A stretch of DNA of 64,000 bases from NCBI RefSeq assembly GCF_036321535.1, contig NC_087436.1, positions 18,850,001 to 18,914,000 on the forward strand, written 5' to 3'. This document shows positions 14,240-26,660 of this stretch, piece after piece. The number at the start of each line of letters is the position of its first letter. Position 1 is the first letter of the stretch. The notes beneath the pieces were generated by a model. The model was given only the letters and a program-made list of their open reading frames with translations. It did no database searches and was not told the origin of the DNA. The DNA is from Camelus dromedarius. Taxonomy: Eukaryota. Position numbers and translations under genes: made by a program.

Positions 14240-16589
14240 TGGGGATTGAGATCAAGATGGTGGAGCTGGAAGATCCTGGGTTTACCGTCTTCCATGGGCA
14301 CACCAGAATTTCAGCTATAGGTGACTTTGACAACAGGGGTTTGAACTGCATGGGTCTACTTATATTGTGGATATTTTTCAATAGTAAATACTATGGTTCT
14401 ACACAGTCCATAGTGGGTTGAATCTGTGGGTGCAGAGGAACTGAATATGGAGGACTGACTGTAAGTTATACGCGGATTAACCCCTGCTTATTCAAAGGTC
14501 AACTGTACTTACAGAGCAACTATCTCTGAGAATCACCTGAAGACTAGCAGAAAAGATTTTCCACAAATAAAGATATAAAGAAAGAGCCACAGTGAGATAG
14601 GTAGGAGGGGAGGAGATTCAGTCTGCTCAGTACCCACATCCCCAGTGTGGTGACCCCCAAACAGGAGAGACACCACAATTGCAGAGGTCCCCTTTGAGGA
14701 GTGAAAGCTTGCAGCCTCTCAGGTTCCTGAGCCCAGGGGTCCTGTACTGGGAAGACTAGGCCCCAAAACATTTGGCTTTGAAAACTAGTGGGCCTTATAT
14801 TTAAGAGAGCCAGAGGGCTGTAGGAAACCTAGACTATCCTTTCTTTTTAAAGGCACAAACAAAAATCTCACATGTCCTGAGTCCCAGTGCAGAGTCAGCA
14901 GTTTGAAAGGTGTCTGAGTCAGACCTAGTTGCTGATCTTGGAGAGCCTCCCAGAGAGGCAGGAGGCAGTTGGGACTCCTCCTGGGACTGCAATGCTGGCA
15001 ACAGACATTTTTGTGATCTTGTTCTACTGTGCCAACACTGGTGCTGACAGCTGCCAATTTGGAATCCCCCCTCTAGCCCATTAGTACCAGGGTCCTGCCT
15101 CACCCACCAGCGTGCCTACGGCAACCACTCGAGGCAGGGCCTCACACGCAACTGGGCTGTCTAGCCCACCAGTGTGCCTGCAGTATTTGGCCCGAGCACA
15201 ACAGAGAGGTGCATGCCACCTACACAGGGGAAACCACTGGAGCATCTAGCTCTGGTGGCTGGAGTGGAGTGTACTGCTGGACCCCATTGGACATCTTTTA
15301 CATAAGGCCACTTCTCCAAGATTGAGAGATGTAATGAATAATATAATAACTGAAAAGAAAAATAGACTGGAGGTAATCAGTGATACCAAAGAATGAATCC
15401 GTGATCGGGAAGAAAGAATAGTCAAAATCATTCAAGATGAACAGGAAGAAAGAAAAAGAATTTTTAAAAATGAGGGTAGATTGAAAGGCCCCTGAAACAA
15501 CACCAAGTGTACTAACATTCCCATTATAGGAGCCCCTGAAGGAGAAGGGAGAGAAAAGGGCAGAGAAATTATTTGAAAAAAATAACAGCTGAAAAATTCT
15601 CCAACATGGGGAATGAAACAGACATTCCAGGTCCAGAAAGCACAGAGTCCCAGAGAAGATGAACTCAAAGAAGTTCACACGAGAACACATCATAATCAAA
15701 ATGTCAGACTAAAGATAAAGAGGGAATCTTAAGCACAGCAAGAGAAGAGCAACCCGTTATGCACAAGAGGACTCCCATAAGACCATCAGCTGATTCTTCA
15801 GCAGAAACTTTGCAGGCCAGGAAGGAGTGGCATGCTATATGCAGAGTGCTGAAAAGAAAAAAACTGCAACCAAGAATACTCAGCTTGGAAAGGTTATCAT
15901 TCAGGACTGAAGGAGAGAGAAAGAAATTTACAGATTAGCAAAAGCTAAAGGAATTCAGCACCACCAGCTTTACAAGAAATAATGAAGGGACTTTTCTTTG
16001 TGGAAAAGAAAAGGCCACAAGTAGAGATAAGAATATTATGAAAGGAGAAATTCTCAGTGATAAGGGCAAAGATATAGTAAAAGTAGTGGACTGACCACCT
16101 AAAAAGTTAATAGGAAGATTAAGCAAAAGTAGTAAAATCACCTATATCTACAGTAAGTAGTTAAGGGATAAACAAAATAAAAAGACATAAAATATGATAT
16201 CAGAAACGTAAAACATTGTGGGTAGAATGAAAAGGTAGGCGTTTTGAATGCATTTAAACTTGAGAGATCATCAACTTAAAATAGACACCTATCTACATAG
16301 GTTGTTATATATAAATCTCATGGTAACCAAAACCAAAAACTTACAATAGATCTGCAAATGATGAAGAGAAGCAGAATCCAAACAAAACTCTAAAAATAGT
16401 CATCAGATCACAAGGGAAGATTGCAAGAGAGCAAGAAAGGAACAGAGAAGAAGTACAAAGGCAACCAGAAAACAGTTAACAAAATGGCAATAAGTACATA
16501 CGTATCAGTAATAACTTTAGAATAAATGGACTAAATACTCTAGTCAGAAGACAGGGTGGCTGAATGGATAAAAGAACAAGACCCATATA
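14240..16589 (+). mobile_element. L1 5' portion: 5' UTR, partial ORF1, inter-ORF region and first codons of ORF2
   Basis: Starts ...TCAAGATGGTGGAG (L1 5' UTR-like). ORF1 DNA motifs at 15350-16000 (GGAGCCCCTGAAGGAGAAG, ACTCCCATAAGACCATCAGCTGATTCTTCAGCAGAAACTTTGCAGGCCAG). ORF2 start region near 16484 (...GTGGCTGAATGGATAAAAGAACAAGACCC). Confidence 0.85.
14318..14505. mobile_element. Short Tigger2-derived MITE inserted in the L1 5' UTR
   Basis: Termini TAGGTGACTTTGACAAC... / ...TTCAAAGGTCAACTG match the CAGTTGACCCTTGAA TIR type. TA on both sides (14316-17, 14506-07). Confidence 0.85.
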
Positions 16590-17125
16590 GGTATGGAATT
16601 GCTAGATCATATGGTAGTTCTACATTTAATTTTTTGAAGAACCGCCATGCTGTTGTCCATAATGGCATCAACTTACTTTCCCACCAGCAGAGTGTGAGGG
16701 TTTCTAGCCTCACCAGCACCTGTTCTTATTTGTCCTTTGGATGAAAGTCATTCTGACAGAAGTGAGGAGATAACTCATTATGGTTTTGATTTGCATTTCC
16801 TTGGTAATTAGTAATGTTGAGCATCTTTTCACATTTCTGTTGGTCATCTGTATGAGTATTAGCCCCTTATTGAATGTATCTTTTGCAAATACTTCCTCCC
16901 ATTTAGTAGATTGAGTTTCCATTTTGCCGATGATGGTTTCCTGCACTGTACAAAACAGCACAGCGTTTTCTTGATTAGTCTGGCTAAAGGTCTACCAATT
17001 TTGTTTATCTTTCCAAAAAACCAGCTCTGAGTTTCATTGTTCTTTTCTAATGTTTTTGGATTTTGCGGTTTTTTTTTCTAGTTACTTTAGATGTAAGATT
17101 AGATTGTTATTTGAGATGTTTCCTG
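16590..17125 (-). mobile_element. Antisense L1 ORF2 fragments joined to the sense L1
   Basis: ORF 16710-16961(-) reads ...[16 protein letters not shown]...KRCSTLLITKEMQIKT (ORF2 C-terminal). 16967-17125 is antisense of an earlier ORF2 part, partly homologous to ~90-165. Confidence 0.85.
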
Positions 17126-17402
17126 ACAAACATCCCCCTATCAATGATTAAACATTTTATGAGTGAAAATTTGCCTAGGAGGGTAGAGCCTCAGTGATCC
17201 CCACCACCTTCCTTTCTCTGCTCTCGCTTTTTGCCTCTTTTCTTTTCATGCAGGGCCTCCATGCTGCCCCTCTCCTGGGGGCAGCTTTCACATTAATTCG
17301 ATGTGAATGGTTTCCCCTGTCATTGTGCAACTAAGCCATCCTGCCCCCATCCAAGAGTATTTGTCTTAGTAGAACAATATTCTGCAGAATTATATTAAAT
17401 TC

Positions 17403-17740
17403 TTTAAAATTTTTTAATTAAATTTTTTATTGTACATTCAGTTACAATGTGTCGATTTCTCATGTACAGCACAATGTCCCAGTCATACATAAACATACAT
17501 ATACTCATTTTCATATTCTTTTTCATTAAAGGTTATTACAAGATATCGAATATAGTTCCCTGTGCTATACAGAAGAAACTTGTTCTTTTTTTAAATTTAT
17601 TTTTGTATGTAGTGGCTAACATTTGCAAATCTCAAACTCCCAAGTTTATCCCTTCCCAACCCCTTTCCCCAGTAACTGTAGGATTGTTTACTGTATCTGT
17701 GAGTCTGTTTCTGTTTTGTGGATGAGTTCATAGTGTCCTT
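17403..17740 (-). mobile_element. 5'-truncated lineage-specific L1 3' UTR
   Basis: T-rich tail, then TTATTACAAGATATCGAATATAGTTCCCTGTGCTATACAG and GTGAGTCTGTTTCTGTTTTGT, typical of cetartiodactyl L1 3' ends. Confidence 0.8.
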
Positions 17741-18025
17741 TAAATCTTATTACTGTAAAGTTTAAATTAATCAGAAATTTCTACTACAGGGATTTTGGAG
17801 ACAGATTAATATAGACACTAAAATACAGATATTAATCTCATTTTGTGATTACTTTTTGCTTCTAAAATGACAATAAATCCACCTGATTCCATTTTTTTTT
17901 TCTTAGCAAGAGAATAAAATCTGAGGCTTTGGCAGTATTATGCTTCTTGACTTATGGGTCCCATTACTACGACTTCTTTATACATCTCATAGGCAAATTT
18001 ACTGAAAGTTTATCAATAGAGTTGG

Positions 18026-18417
18026 TGTTTAAAACAAAAGAACTGGCCCAAAATGGAATCACTTATGCTAAGTTCCGCATCACAAAACTGAGACTTAATT
18101 TAATTACAGCTTCAGCTCTCCCAGAAATGGAATCTTAAATCAGCCAATCAGGAATATCCTGATCAACACTGGTTAGGTAATCTGCCTGAGAGACCCCTGC
18201 CATCCCCTAAAGGAAAGTAACTTTGCAATAACCAAGCTGCTTTTTTGCCTACTGTTAGGTCCTTGTCCCTTCTCCCTTCTGCCTATAAAATTTTCCATTT
18301 TGTAGAGCCCCTTGGAGCTTCTTTTTATCTGATAGATTGGATGCTGCCTGATTCAAATTGCTATTTGATCAAATAAACTCTTAAATTTTTAAATACACCT
18401 CAGTTTATCCTTTAACA
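18026..18417 (+). mobile_element. ERV1-type solo LTR
   Basis: TG...CA termini with exact 4-bp TSD TTGG (18022-25, 18418-21). CCAAT at 18144, TATAAAA at 18284 and AATAAA at 18372, in LTR order. Confidence 0.9.
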
Positions 18418-19789
18418 TTGGGTACCCTACCTCTTCAGAATCCCTTTCCCCACATGGCTCTATGTCTAGAATCCTATGAGTGATTGCAACACAAAGAATA
18501 ACAACAGTAATTATTAATTTAAAAGCTACAAGCAGCGCCTGTGGACAAAGCTGTTATTGAGATGACTGTGAAAATGACTCATATGCTCTCCAACTTCTAT
18601 GCTTGCTTTATATCAGTGGCAGTTTCAGATGGTTCGTGTTACTGCCTTTCCAACCATGTTGACATTTTTGTTTAGAAGCTTACCAAGACGGTATGATGCC
18701 TGCTCTTTTCAGCTAAGTTCATAGTATCTGTACTGCTAGAGCAAGCACTTCAGAAAGCGGTGGGAGATGTGTCCCAGCCTGCAACACAGCTTGCATCTGT
18801 GTTGCCTTTTCCTGGCATGTCAGCTGGTGTAAAGGTTGAGAGCTACTGAATCATCCAGTCCTGGAGATTTTATTGGTGTGCTGATTCTTGCTGTCTCCAC
18901 CACACTGTTAAAGTCAGTTTCTTTTTAATTCCTTTTTTTTTTTTTTTTGGTGATTAGACTAGGAGAACTCAGAGAACATTTGTCCACTTTAAGTACATTC
19001 AGTGCTTTCCCTGTATCACAGATGATAATGAAAAAAATTATAAAAGAAAGAGATTATAAATATCTACTATCTTTCTTTCAAGTTTATTTTAGGTTTAACT
19101 CAATGGTTTCTTAGGTCTAGAGCAATAGCTTTGTATATAGTTTGTGAATTCATAGCACAGCTCAAATTTGCATCCTCAAGTACTTGTATTGGTGAATATT
19201 TGAAACATTAATGCAATAAACAAAAATTACTTGAGTACCTAATATGTAGGTCCTTTTCTTTTAACAAGACTCACTATTTGCATGGACAGTTCCTACTGAT
19301 GCATCTGTTTTGGCTTTTCCTGGCATATAAAGTGATGAAAAGTTGAGAACTACTGATATAAAAAGTATTGATGGAAATTGAGAGGTCAAATAGTACAGGG
19401 CTTGAACCCAGTGATTGTCTGATAAAGATGATTTATTTTCTTTTATTTTTTATTATTACTTGAAATGATTTGGGCAATGCCTTGTAAGAGCTGGGAGCTG
19501 CATGGAATTAAATGACCCTATTTCCTGTTTGTTCCCATCCATGCCCCCTTTCCTCCCTCCTTGCCCCAGTTTTGAGAGAGAAGAAAGTAAGAGCCCAATA
19601 AGGAGGGAGGCAGCAGACAATGTAGAAATAGAAAACTAGGCAAAGAGGCAGGTGGCAGAGGGCAGAGGATGGAGGACAACAGAATGCAGGAGAAAGGAGT
19701 AAAGTAAGACAGCAGATATGGGAATTTAACTGCTTATAATAACAACTCCCTTCCATGGAGAGGAAGTGAGCTAATATTTAATACATATC

Positions 19790-19985
19790 TATTTCTCTGT
19801 GCTACCAGCTTTTCAAACTTATTTTAAAATCATAGTTACCTTTTGAAGTCGGTATTGTTGTCCCCATTGAATCTGGGAAAACCGAGGCTCAGAGAGGATG
19901 TGAGGTCTGTCCTTGGCCCTACGCGGGCACAATCAACATTTGCAAGGAGGACTTTTTACTTGAAAGCCTGTGCTTTCCACTACAT
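19790..19985 (-). mobile_element. MIR SINE
   Basis: GGGAAAACCGAGGCTCAGAGAGG antisense MIR core. Confidence 0.7.
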
Positions 19986-22389
19986 TCATGCCAACCCCTT
20001 AGAGAATTAAAAGATGAAATTAAGGCTGTAACTGAATGTTTTGTTTATGAAATGTTTTCATAGCAGCCAAAATTATTTAAACAGTGGAGGAAGCATAATT
20101 AGCAATGTAGAAGTATTACCTTCTGATAAATAATAATGATGATAGCCTCCAGTTTCATTACATAAAGGCTACTGATACCACAAGGACCTCAGAATCTTAT
20201 TTATACATCCCAGGGACCACTTGAAACATCCACACTCTTTAAGGCAGTATCTCCCTGGAAGATGCTGTGCTGGGTTCTTGGACCATTGATCTATGTAGTC
20301 CAGGATGATGGGGCATAATGTAGGGTCTCTGAACTCCTCACTTCCACTTTCCTCTCCTTGCCCTGCTAGTTACTTCTGGACAGACGCTGGCTTATCTGCT
20401 TACTGCAGAGTAGGGATACTATCCCTTTCTCTAAGTGCCGTGATGTGGGAAACATTGGGAAACACTGCTTTTAAATATTAACACCACCAGACCTAACTTT
20501 CTCCAGTGAGATAAACATGAAATTCTGTAGGCTGTTGGTATATCTCAGATCTGGCAGAGACCCCAGGATGGGCTGAGAGTACGAAGGCAGGTTCCCAGGT
20601 AGCCCCGCTAGCTGCAAATTCAGGAAATATTGCACTTCATTTAAGCATGGCTGATGATGTGTAGCCCTGAGAAGGGTGCATGTGGAAATAATAGAAGCCC
20701 TGTGCTTCTCCCTCAATAAAACATTTTTGGGACTTCTTTCCTAACATTGAGGTGGGAGGAAACATAAGCAAAACGCATGTGGCTGGATGGAGCCTAATAA
20801 CGCTATTATCTACCCTATTTTCTCTGAGTCCCTTCTTAAAGGCAATGCTCTTAAAATGTAACTTTTTCCCCTAAAACTCATGCTACCTCAAGATTGTCTC
20901 CAATGTCACCATATAACGATCCTCTGATGGACCATAAAACTTACCACCCATGTAGTGTTTTCCCCTAGAGATGTTCTGTGATCACTTGCTCTCAGGTGGC
21001 CAGGTTAAACCATTCAGTTTGGTGGGAAGCCATTGGGTCCATCAGCCCATGTCCACGGCCTTCGGAAGTTGTAACTCTCTAGGCACATATGGCTGCAGAG
21101 CTGCTCAGTGCTCTCCCCGTCATCTCACGACTGTCAGTCTCATGCACTGAGACCTGTAAAGGGGCCTCATTCCAGTGAAAGGACACCACCCTCCTTTCAT
21201 GCACGTCCTCCTTCAAGACATGATTTGTCCCTTCTCCTTTCATGACCCATTGCTTCTCTGGTAAGAGATTATTGGGCAGGGTTGTTAGAATCTTCTGGCA
21301 CAACATACCTGGTGAAATTGGGGCTTGGGGAAAAGCCGAGAAATGAGTAAGTTCAGGGTCTCACATTTACATATTCTCATGTGATGGCCAGCAGTGGTTC
21401 AGATCTGATTGATAACACTTTTGAGAGCAAAATTTCCTGTGTTTTTGTGTTCAGGGGCAATTGTTACCTGCTTAAGAAATTGTTGTGTATTTCAGGTTCT
21501 AGATTATGAACGTATTGTACCATAGTATTCCAAACCCAACCCAACCAAATCAACCAATATTCACAGATTGTTATTATTACAGCCACGTTTGTTGGGAGAA
21601 TCAACTGGTAGATGGAGTTTCAGAATCGCCAGTCACAAAAACCAAGAGGATGGCTTAATTGTGAGAAGACAGATCTATCAGCTGCCCTTACCCAGTATCT
21701 TTAGGACTGAATATTTACCTTTTAATTCTAAAGTGACAAATTCAAGGGCCTTCTGGACTGAAACAACACAGTTCACTGCTCTATATTTTTCTTTGATTAA
21801 ATCCAGGACGTTGACATCCCTACTTAAAAAAATGTGCAATTTTAGCATTAAATAAGCAATTAATTCTATTAAGGCTGGATTCTATCAAGCTATTGCTTCA
21901 GGTGCAATTGTCTAAAAAAGGGGTCTCTCCAAGGAGTGCAGAACAGCACAGCCTGGAGACACTCCTACCAGCCTGAAAGCGACAAGATCTTCCCTTGTAT
22001 GGGGGTATATTCTGAACAACGTCTTACAGCACAGAGAATTAAGTGCTTACTTCCTTACAGAGGACTATTTTTAACTGTGATTTGTTTTTTGGCCTTTGTA
22101 TCCTGTGTGTATATTTCTGATGTGGAGTGCTTTGGCTGTGTGTTTAAATTATTTGGTGCTTAAAGGAATGTCATAGAGAATGTGAGAGCATTTCTGGAAT
22201 TCTTTGCCTGGCTCTGGCTATTTGCAAGAACGTATTCCTGCTTCCAGCTTGACTGTTCTGGTGGCTGACAGGTACTGACTTTCCCGAAGTTAATCGTCAG
22301 TATAACAAAGAGATGGGCAAGTCGCCACTCTCTTTATTGTTAGAAAAAACCTGGGTATGTTGGCCTCAATTGATAATAAGAGATAATGT

Positions 22390-22560
22390 CTGCTCAGCAT
22401 TACTTTCCAGTACACACAATTGGTCTAATCCTCATGACAAGTTTTGGATCTAAGTGCTAATATGATAATTTCACAGATGAGGAATCTGAGGCTTGGGGAA
22501 TTACACAGTTGTCCTGGGTGACACAGCTAACAAGTGTTGAAGGATTCAGTGCTCCAGCCT
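22390..22560 (-). mobile_element. MIR SINE
   Basis: TTTCACAGATGAGGAATCTGAGGCTTGG...GTGACACAGCTAACAAGTG. Confidence 0.75.
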
Positions 22561-22856
22561 CTCTGAGCTTGAGCTGGCAAATTTTCAAGCTTTATAAACA
22601 TTTGGTATCATAGGGGATGCCACGTATAAACTTATCTTTTATTAATTCTTCTGAGAAGCTAGTGATTCTCCTTTCAGTGGCTTGTTTTCTTTTGTTCCTT
22701 TGCTGTCTGTGTGCCAGCAGAGCGTATCTGACTGTGTTCTTGAGAATGACTTAGCTGCTCTGCTTACAGAAGTTCACCTGCGACTTTCCTCCCGGGGTGG
22801 CCCTCTCCCTCCTCTCCAGGCATCTTCCTCCATTCTTCCAGTTTCAGTTCAGCTGC

Positions 22857-23303
22857 TGTTACTGAAGACAAGTTTGTGTCCCTGACATACCGTGAGGCCA
22901 AACTGAAACGTTGGAGTTTGGAGCAGAGACAGGTTTATTGCAGGGCCAAGCAAGGAGGACGGGGTGGCTCATGCCCAAGAAAACTCCTAACTCCCTGAAG
23001 GGTTTCAGCAAAGCATATTTAAAGGCCAGGTGTGGGAGGGGGGTTACAGAGTATGTGATCAGCTGGTACACAGTTCTCTGACTGGGTGATGTTGAGGTAA
23101 CAGGGTAGTCAACACTATCAAACCCTGGGCACCAGAAAGTCTGGTTCTCGATTATCAAGTAGTTGTGGTTTTTGCATCTGTAAAAATAAGGAAATATACA
23201 TGAGATACTATTATCTGAGTACTTCAGAGAGGAGGTACAGCCGAGGATATGGGATTGGGGGTGGTCCACCCGAGAAGGCCCCATAGGGTCCTATTTGGTC
23301 ACA
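22857..23303 (-). mobile_element. ERV1-type solo LTR (A)
   Basis: TGTTAC...GTCACA termini, flanks CTGC/CTGT. Minus-strand AATAAA at 22934-39 and TATA-like element near 23017. Confidence 0.8.
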
Positions 23304-23422
23304 CTGTTACCTTTTATGATGATCCTTTTCCTGAATTTCCAACATGTAATCAGTCTCTCTCCCTTCTGCACTCTGCTCTTAACTCCTTCAGAGTAGTTAT
23401 CAAGTTATTGCATAATTGTTAC

Positions 23423-23941
23423 TGTTACCGAGCTCAAACTTGTTCTGCTCGCTGTACCACAGGCCAATAAATTGGGAGATGAGGTGTTGGGGCAAGGAAA
23501 AATGACTTTATTTGGAAAGCCAACAGACCAAGAAGTTGGGGGAACTAATGACTGGAGAACCATCTTACCCAAGTCAGAATTCAGGCTCCTTTTATACTAA
23601 AAAGGGGAGGGGATGTGGTTGGTTGTTGCAAACTTCTTGGTGTGGAAATCCTTTGTTCTCACAGCTGTCCACATGGGTCAGGTCATGATATTCCTGTAAA
23701 CCTCCAACACAATAAATGTCACTCTCTGTTCTGCAACTTTTTATCTCTATATGGAAGGAAAAGTGTTATACCCTTAAAGGTCGGAGCCTGGAGAATGGGC
23801 TCTCCTGTATATTTCAGGCTCTAGGCAACATTCTTTTGTAAAAGGTGCAGAACCAGCATGACTCAGCACAGGAAATAGAGCACAGGGTTAGAGCTCAAGG
23901 AACAGATGTAATACAGAGTCAGATTTGTTCTTTCCTATTAG
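23423..23941 (-). mobile_element. ERV1-type solo LTR (B), different family from A
   Basis: Starts TGTTACCG. Minus-strand AATAAA at 23507-12 and TATAAAA at 23590-96. Flanks GTTAC/GTTAG; right end degenerate. Confidence 0.75.
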
Positions 23942-24204
23942 GTTAGTGTTCACGTTTTCTTCCTCAATAGGCTCAAATCTACCTGAGGCAAAGATACTAT
24001 ATATTTATCTTATATCCTTAGCATGTAGCACTGTTGTGAGTACACTCAGAGACAGGGAAATGGTAGGGGGCCAGGAAGATGGGAGAAATGAGGGGAGTTA
24101 CTGTCATTTAACGAGATCTGAATAATAATACCTCATTTTTATTATCCAGCAAAGCACTTGAGTTAATAGTCTGTATTCCTAAGACAGAAGAGCTAGTGTA
24201 TAAT

Positions 24205-24720
24205 TAATAGGATGCAAGTTTGGACGGGCCTGAAGCTTCCACAATTTGAGGACATCTTCCTTAGAATCTATTTACAGAATTAAAAACACAAGCATCTTTA
24301 AAAAGTAAATATTTATGACAAATAAAAAATCATGAGAAGCTGTAAGTGAACAAAATCTGGGAAATATGATATTACCATAAATCCAGAAAAAATAGCATAA
24401 TGTTTTTATTAATATGCTGCCCTGCACACTTCCACATTACTGTTTCCCCCTATATTTTTTGACTACAATTTTTTTAATCACCTCTGCCTAAGAGAGTAAT
24501 TTTGTAATATTTTTCATAGAGAAAATGCAATTCAGTCTTTTCTCTGGATGATTGAAATTTATTTTTTATTATGAACAATGCCAAAAAAATATGTTCAGCT
24601 TTATAACTTGTTCCTGGTAATGTCATGTCAATTGTTAAGATTGCTGTCAAATTTGGGAAGACCTCTATCAAGTTTCATTCATATCTGAACTATATAGTAT
24701 GGAAGAATTTGAGTGAGCAA
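24205..24720 (-). mobile_element. hAT DNA transposon relic (Zaphod/Tip100-like) with transposase C-terminal remnant
   Basis: ORF 24474-24671(-) FPNLTAILTIDMTLPGTSYKAEHIFLALFIIKNKFQS fits the hAT dimerisation-domain pattern FPxL...TLPxTSxxxERxFSxLxxIK. Terminal-region motif GGGCCTGAAGCTT. Confidence 0.75.
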
Positions 24721-24849
24721 AGTAGGGGGTTAAAATATACACCTTTTAAAATTGAAAAAATACAATTGGACAAATTGATTCATATTATCTGACTTTGAGT
24801 AGGAATCCTCTTCGCTGAAACTCTTCCCTAGGTTGCCTTGAAAATGTCG

Positions 24850-25150
24850 CATGCAGTCTGGAGGGTCAGAAGAATGAGGAAGGTGACGTGGCCACTGTAT
24901 TTCCCAACAGGGAGGTCTTGGTGGAATTACAAGCAGCCATTTCATCGTAGAACTGGAGAGTGAGAGTCTGGATTTCAAGGTAAAAAAGGAACGAGGTGTT
25001 GAGGGATAACGTGGAGACAATGGTATAGAATACACATTTGAGATGTTTAGAAAGTAAGAAAGTAAGATGGTAAGAGAAGGACCAGAAGGATTAACTAACA
25101 AACGGGAGGAAAAAGGCTGTTGGCATTTTTAAGAGAGAGTTGCTTGAAGT
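24850..25150 (-). mobile_element. L2 fragment
   Basis: GAGGTCTTGGTGG...CATTTCATCGTAG...GTGGAGACAATGGTATAGA resembles antisense L2. Confidence 0.5.
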
Positions 25151-25739
25151 CAGATTTGGAAATTTGTCTCGCCAGCTCTATGTTGTTTCTGACGCATCAC
25201 GCCAAGGCATGGTTTGTGGGAGAGTGTTAACCTGGTATCAGTCACCAACGTGAAGAAATGCCTCCTCTAATCACTCATTGCGTGTATGTCAATCATAAAT
25301 TTAGATAAGTTAATGTTTTAAGTCATTCAGCTTGTACCATCTTTTAGGGGAATATTAATGATAACTTCTATTAATGTAACACTTCCTTTTTTGAGGTATT
25401 TTCACATCCATTATCTGATTGGAGGACCATACTTGTTAAATTATTTACAACTTATAAAGGAGAGGTGAGATCTTAAAGGTCTTATCTTAAAGATGGCCAG
25501 GTGAAAATTCAGAAATTTTCAGTTATCAGAAAATTCAGTTATCAATTCTGGGAACTGAAAGAGGGAAGTGGCATTGAAGGTGCCTTTCCCCACTTGACAG
25601 GGTGGAGCTACAGGATCAAAGGGGATATTTATGGGGGAATTTTAAAATCGTTTCTGCTGCACTGTGCGATGTGTTTCCTCTCCCTCCTCTGTGTCCCCTT
25701 CAAAATGTTCAGAAAAGCAAGATTTATTATTCTGATATT

Positions 25740-26064
25740 TTAATTTATTTTCTCTTGCAGTTTTATTGAGATCTAATTGAGATTTAGCACTGCACAAGTT
25801 TAATGTGTACAGCATGACTTGACTTACAGACAACATGAAATGATGACCATTTAGGTTTAGTGAACATCCATTGTCTCATATAGGTACAAAAATTAAAGAA
25901 AAGAAAAAAAATCAATTTTCCTTGTGATGAAAATTCTTAGGATTTACTCTTTTAAGAACTTTCATACATAACATACAGCAGTGTTAAGTATGTTAATTAT
26001 GTTGTACATTATATCCCTAGTACTTACTTATCTTATAAATTTGTACCTTTTGACCACCTTCATC
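25740..26064 (-). mobile_element. 5'-truncated L1 3' end
   Basis: TTTTATTGAGAT...CCTTGTGATGAAAATTCTTAGGATTTACTCT...; collinear with 41740-42050. Confidence 0.85.
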
Positions 26065-26454
26065 AGCGTACAGAGATGGTTCCAATGTTTTTATAACAAA
26101 GGCTTCTTTAGGGGAATAATGATCACACTTTAGTGTGAATGAAAATCATTTGGGTAGTGAGTTCAAATGCAGATTTCATTCAGTAGAAGCCTCTTGGGGA
26201 TGGGGAACTGGTTGCTGTGCTGAGCTCTGTATCCAGGTGGGCATGGGATGGGGGTTGGAACAGGAAGATAAAGACAGAGCTAGTGTCTGAACTTTAGGAC
26301 ATCTATTCTACTAGGAACCTGAGTTAGAAAAATTAAATGCCCTTTGGTCACTTATAGAAGTAGCTAATAGACGGTGGCCCTGGGACATGAACCTTAGTCT
26401 TCAGGACTTTGGTCCTACCCTGTCTCTATCGCTGTACCCTGAAAGATGGTGTAC

Positions 26455-26660
26455 CCATGTGGCTAAGAGTGTGGAGGTTTAGAGCTGGGTTTCCTGGTTC
26501 TGAAGCTTAGCTCTTCCACTGATTAGCTGTATTATCTTGGGCAAAATCGTTCATCTCTGCATGCCTCAGTTTCCCCGTTGGAAGATGGGTATAATTTGTC
26601 ATAGGAGTAAATGAGTTGCTATTGGGAAAGGCTGTAGTAAGCGCCAGGCAATTAAGAAAC
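26455..26660 (+). mobile_element. MIR SINE
   Basis: TAGCTGTATTATCTTGGGCAAAATCGTTCATCTCTGCATGCCTCAGTTTCCCC. Confidence 0.75.

Noticed and set aside
20471..20716. 81-aa minus-strand ORF with protein-like composition
   Set aside because: No recognisable family, non-ATG start and no convincing splice sites.
22857..23941. Provirus with paired LTRs
   Set aside because: The LTRs differ in sequence, each has its own flanking duplication, and there is no PBS or gag/pol between them.
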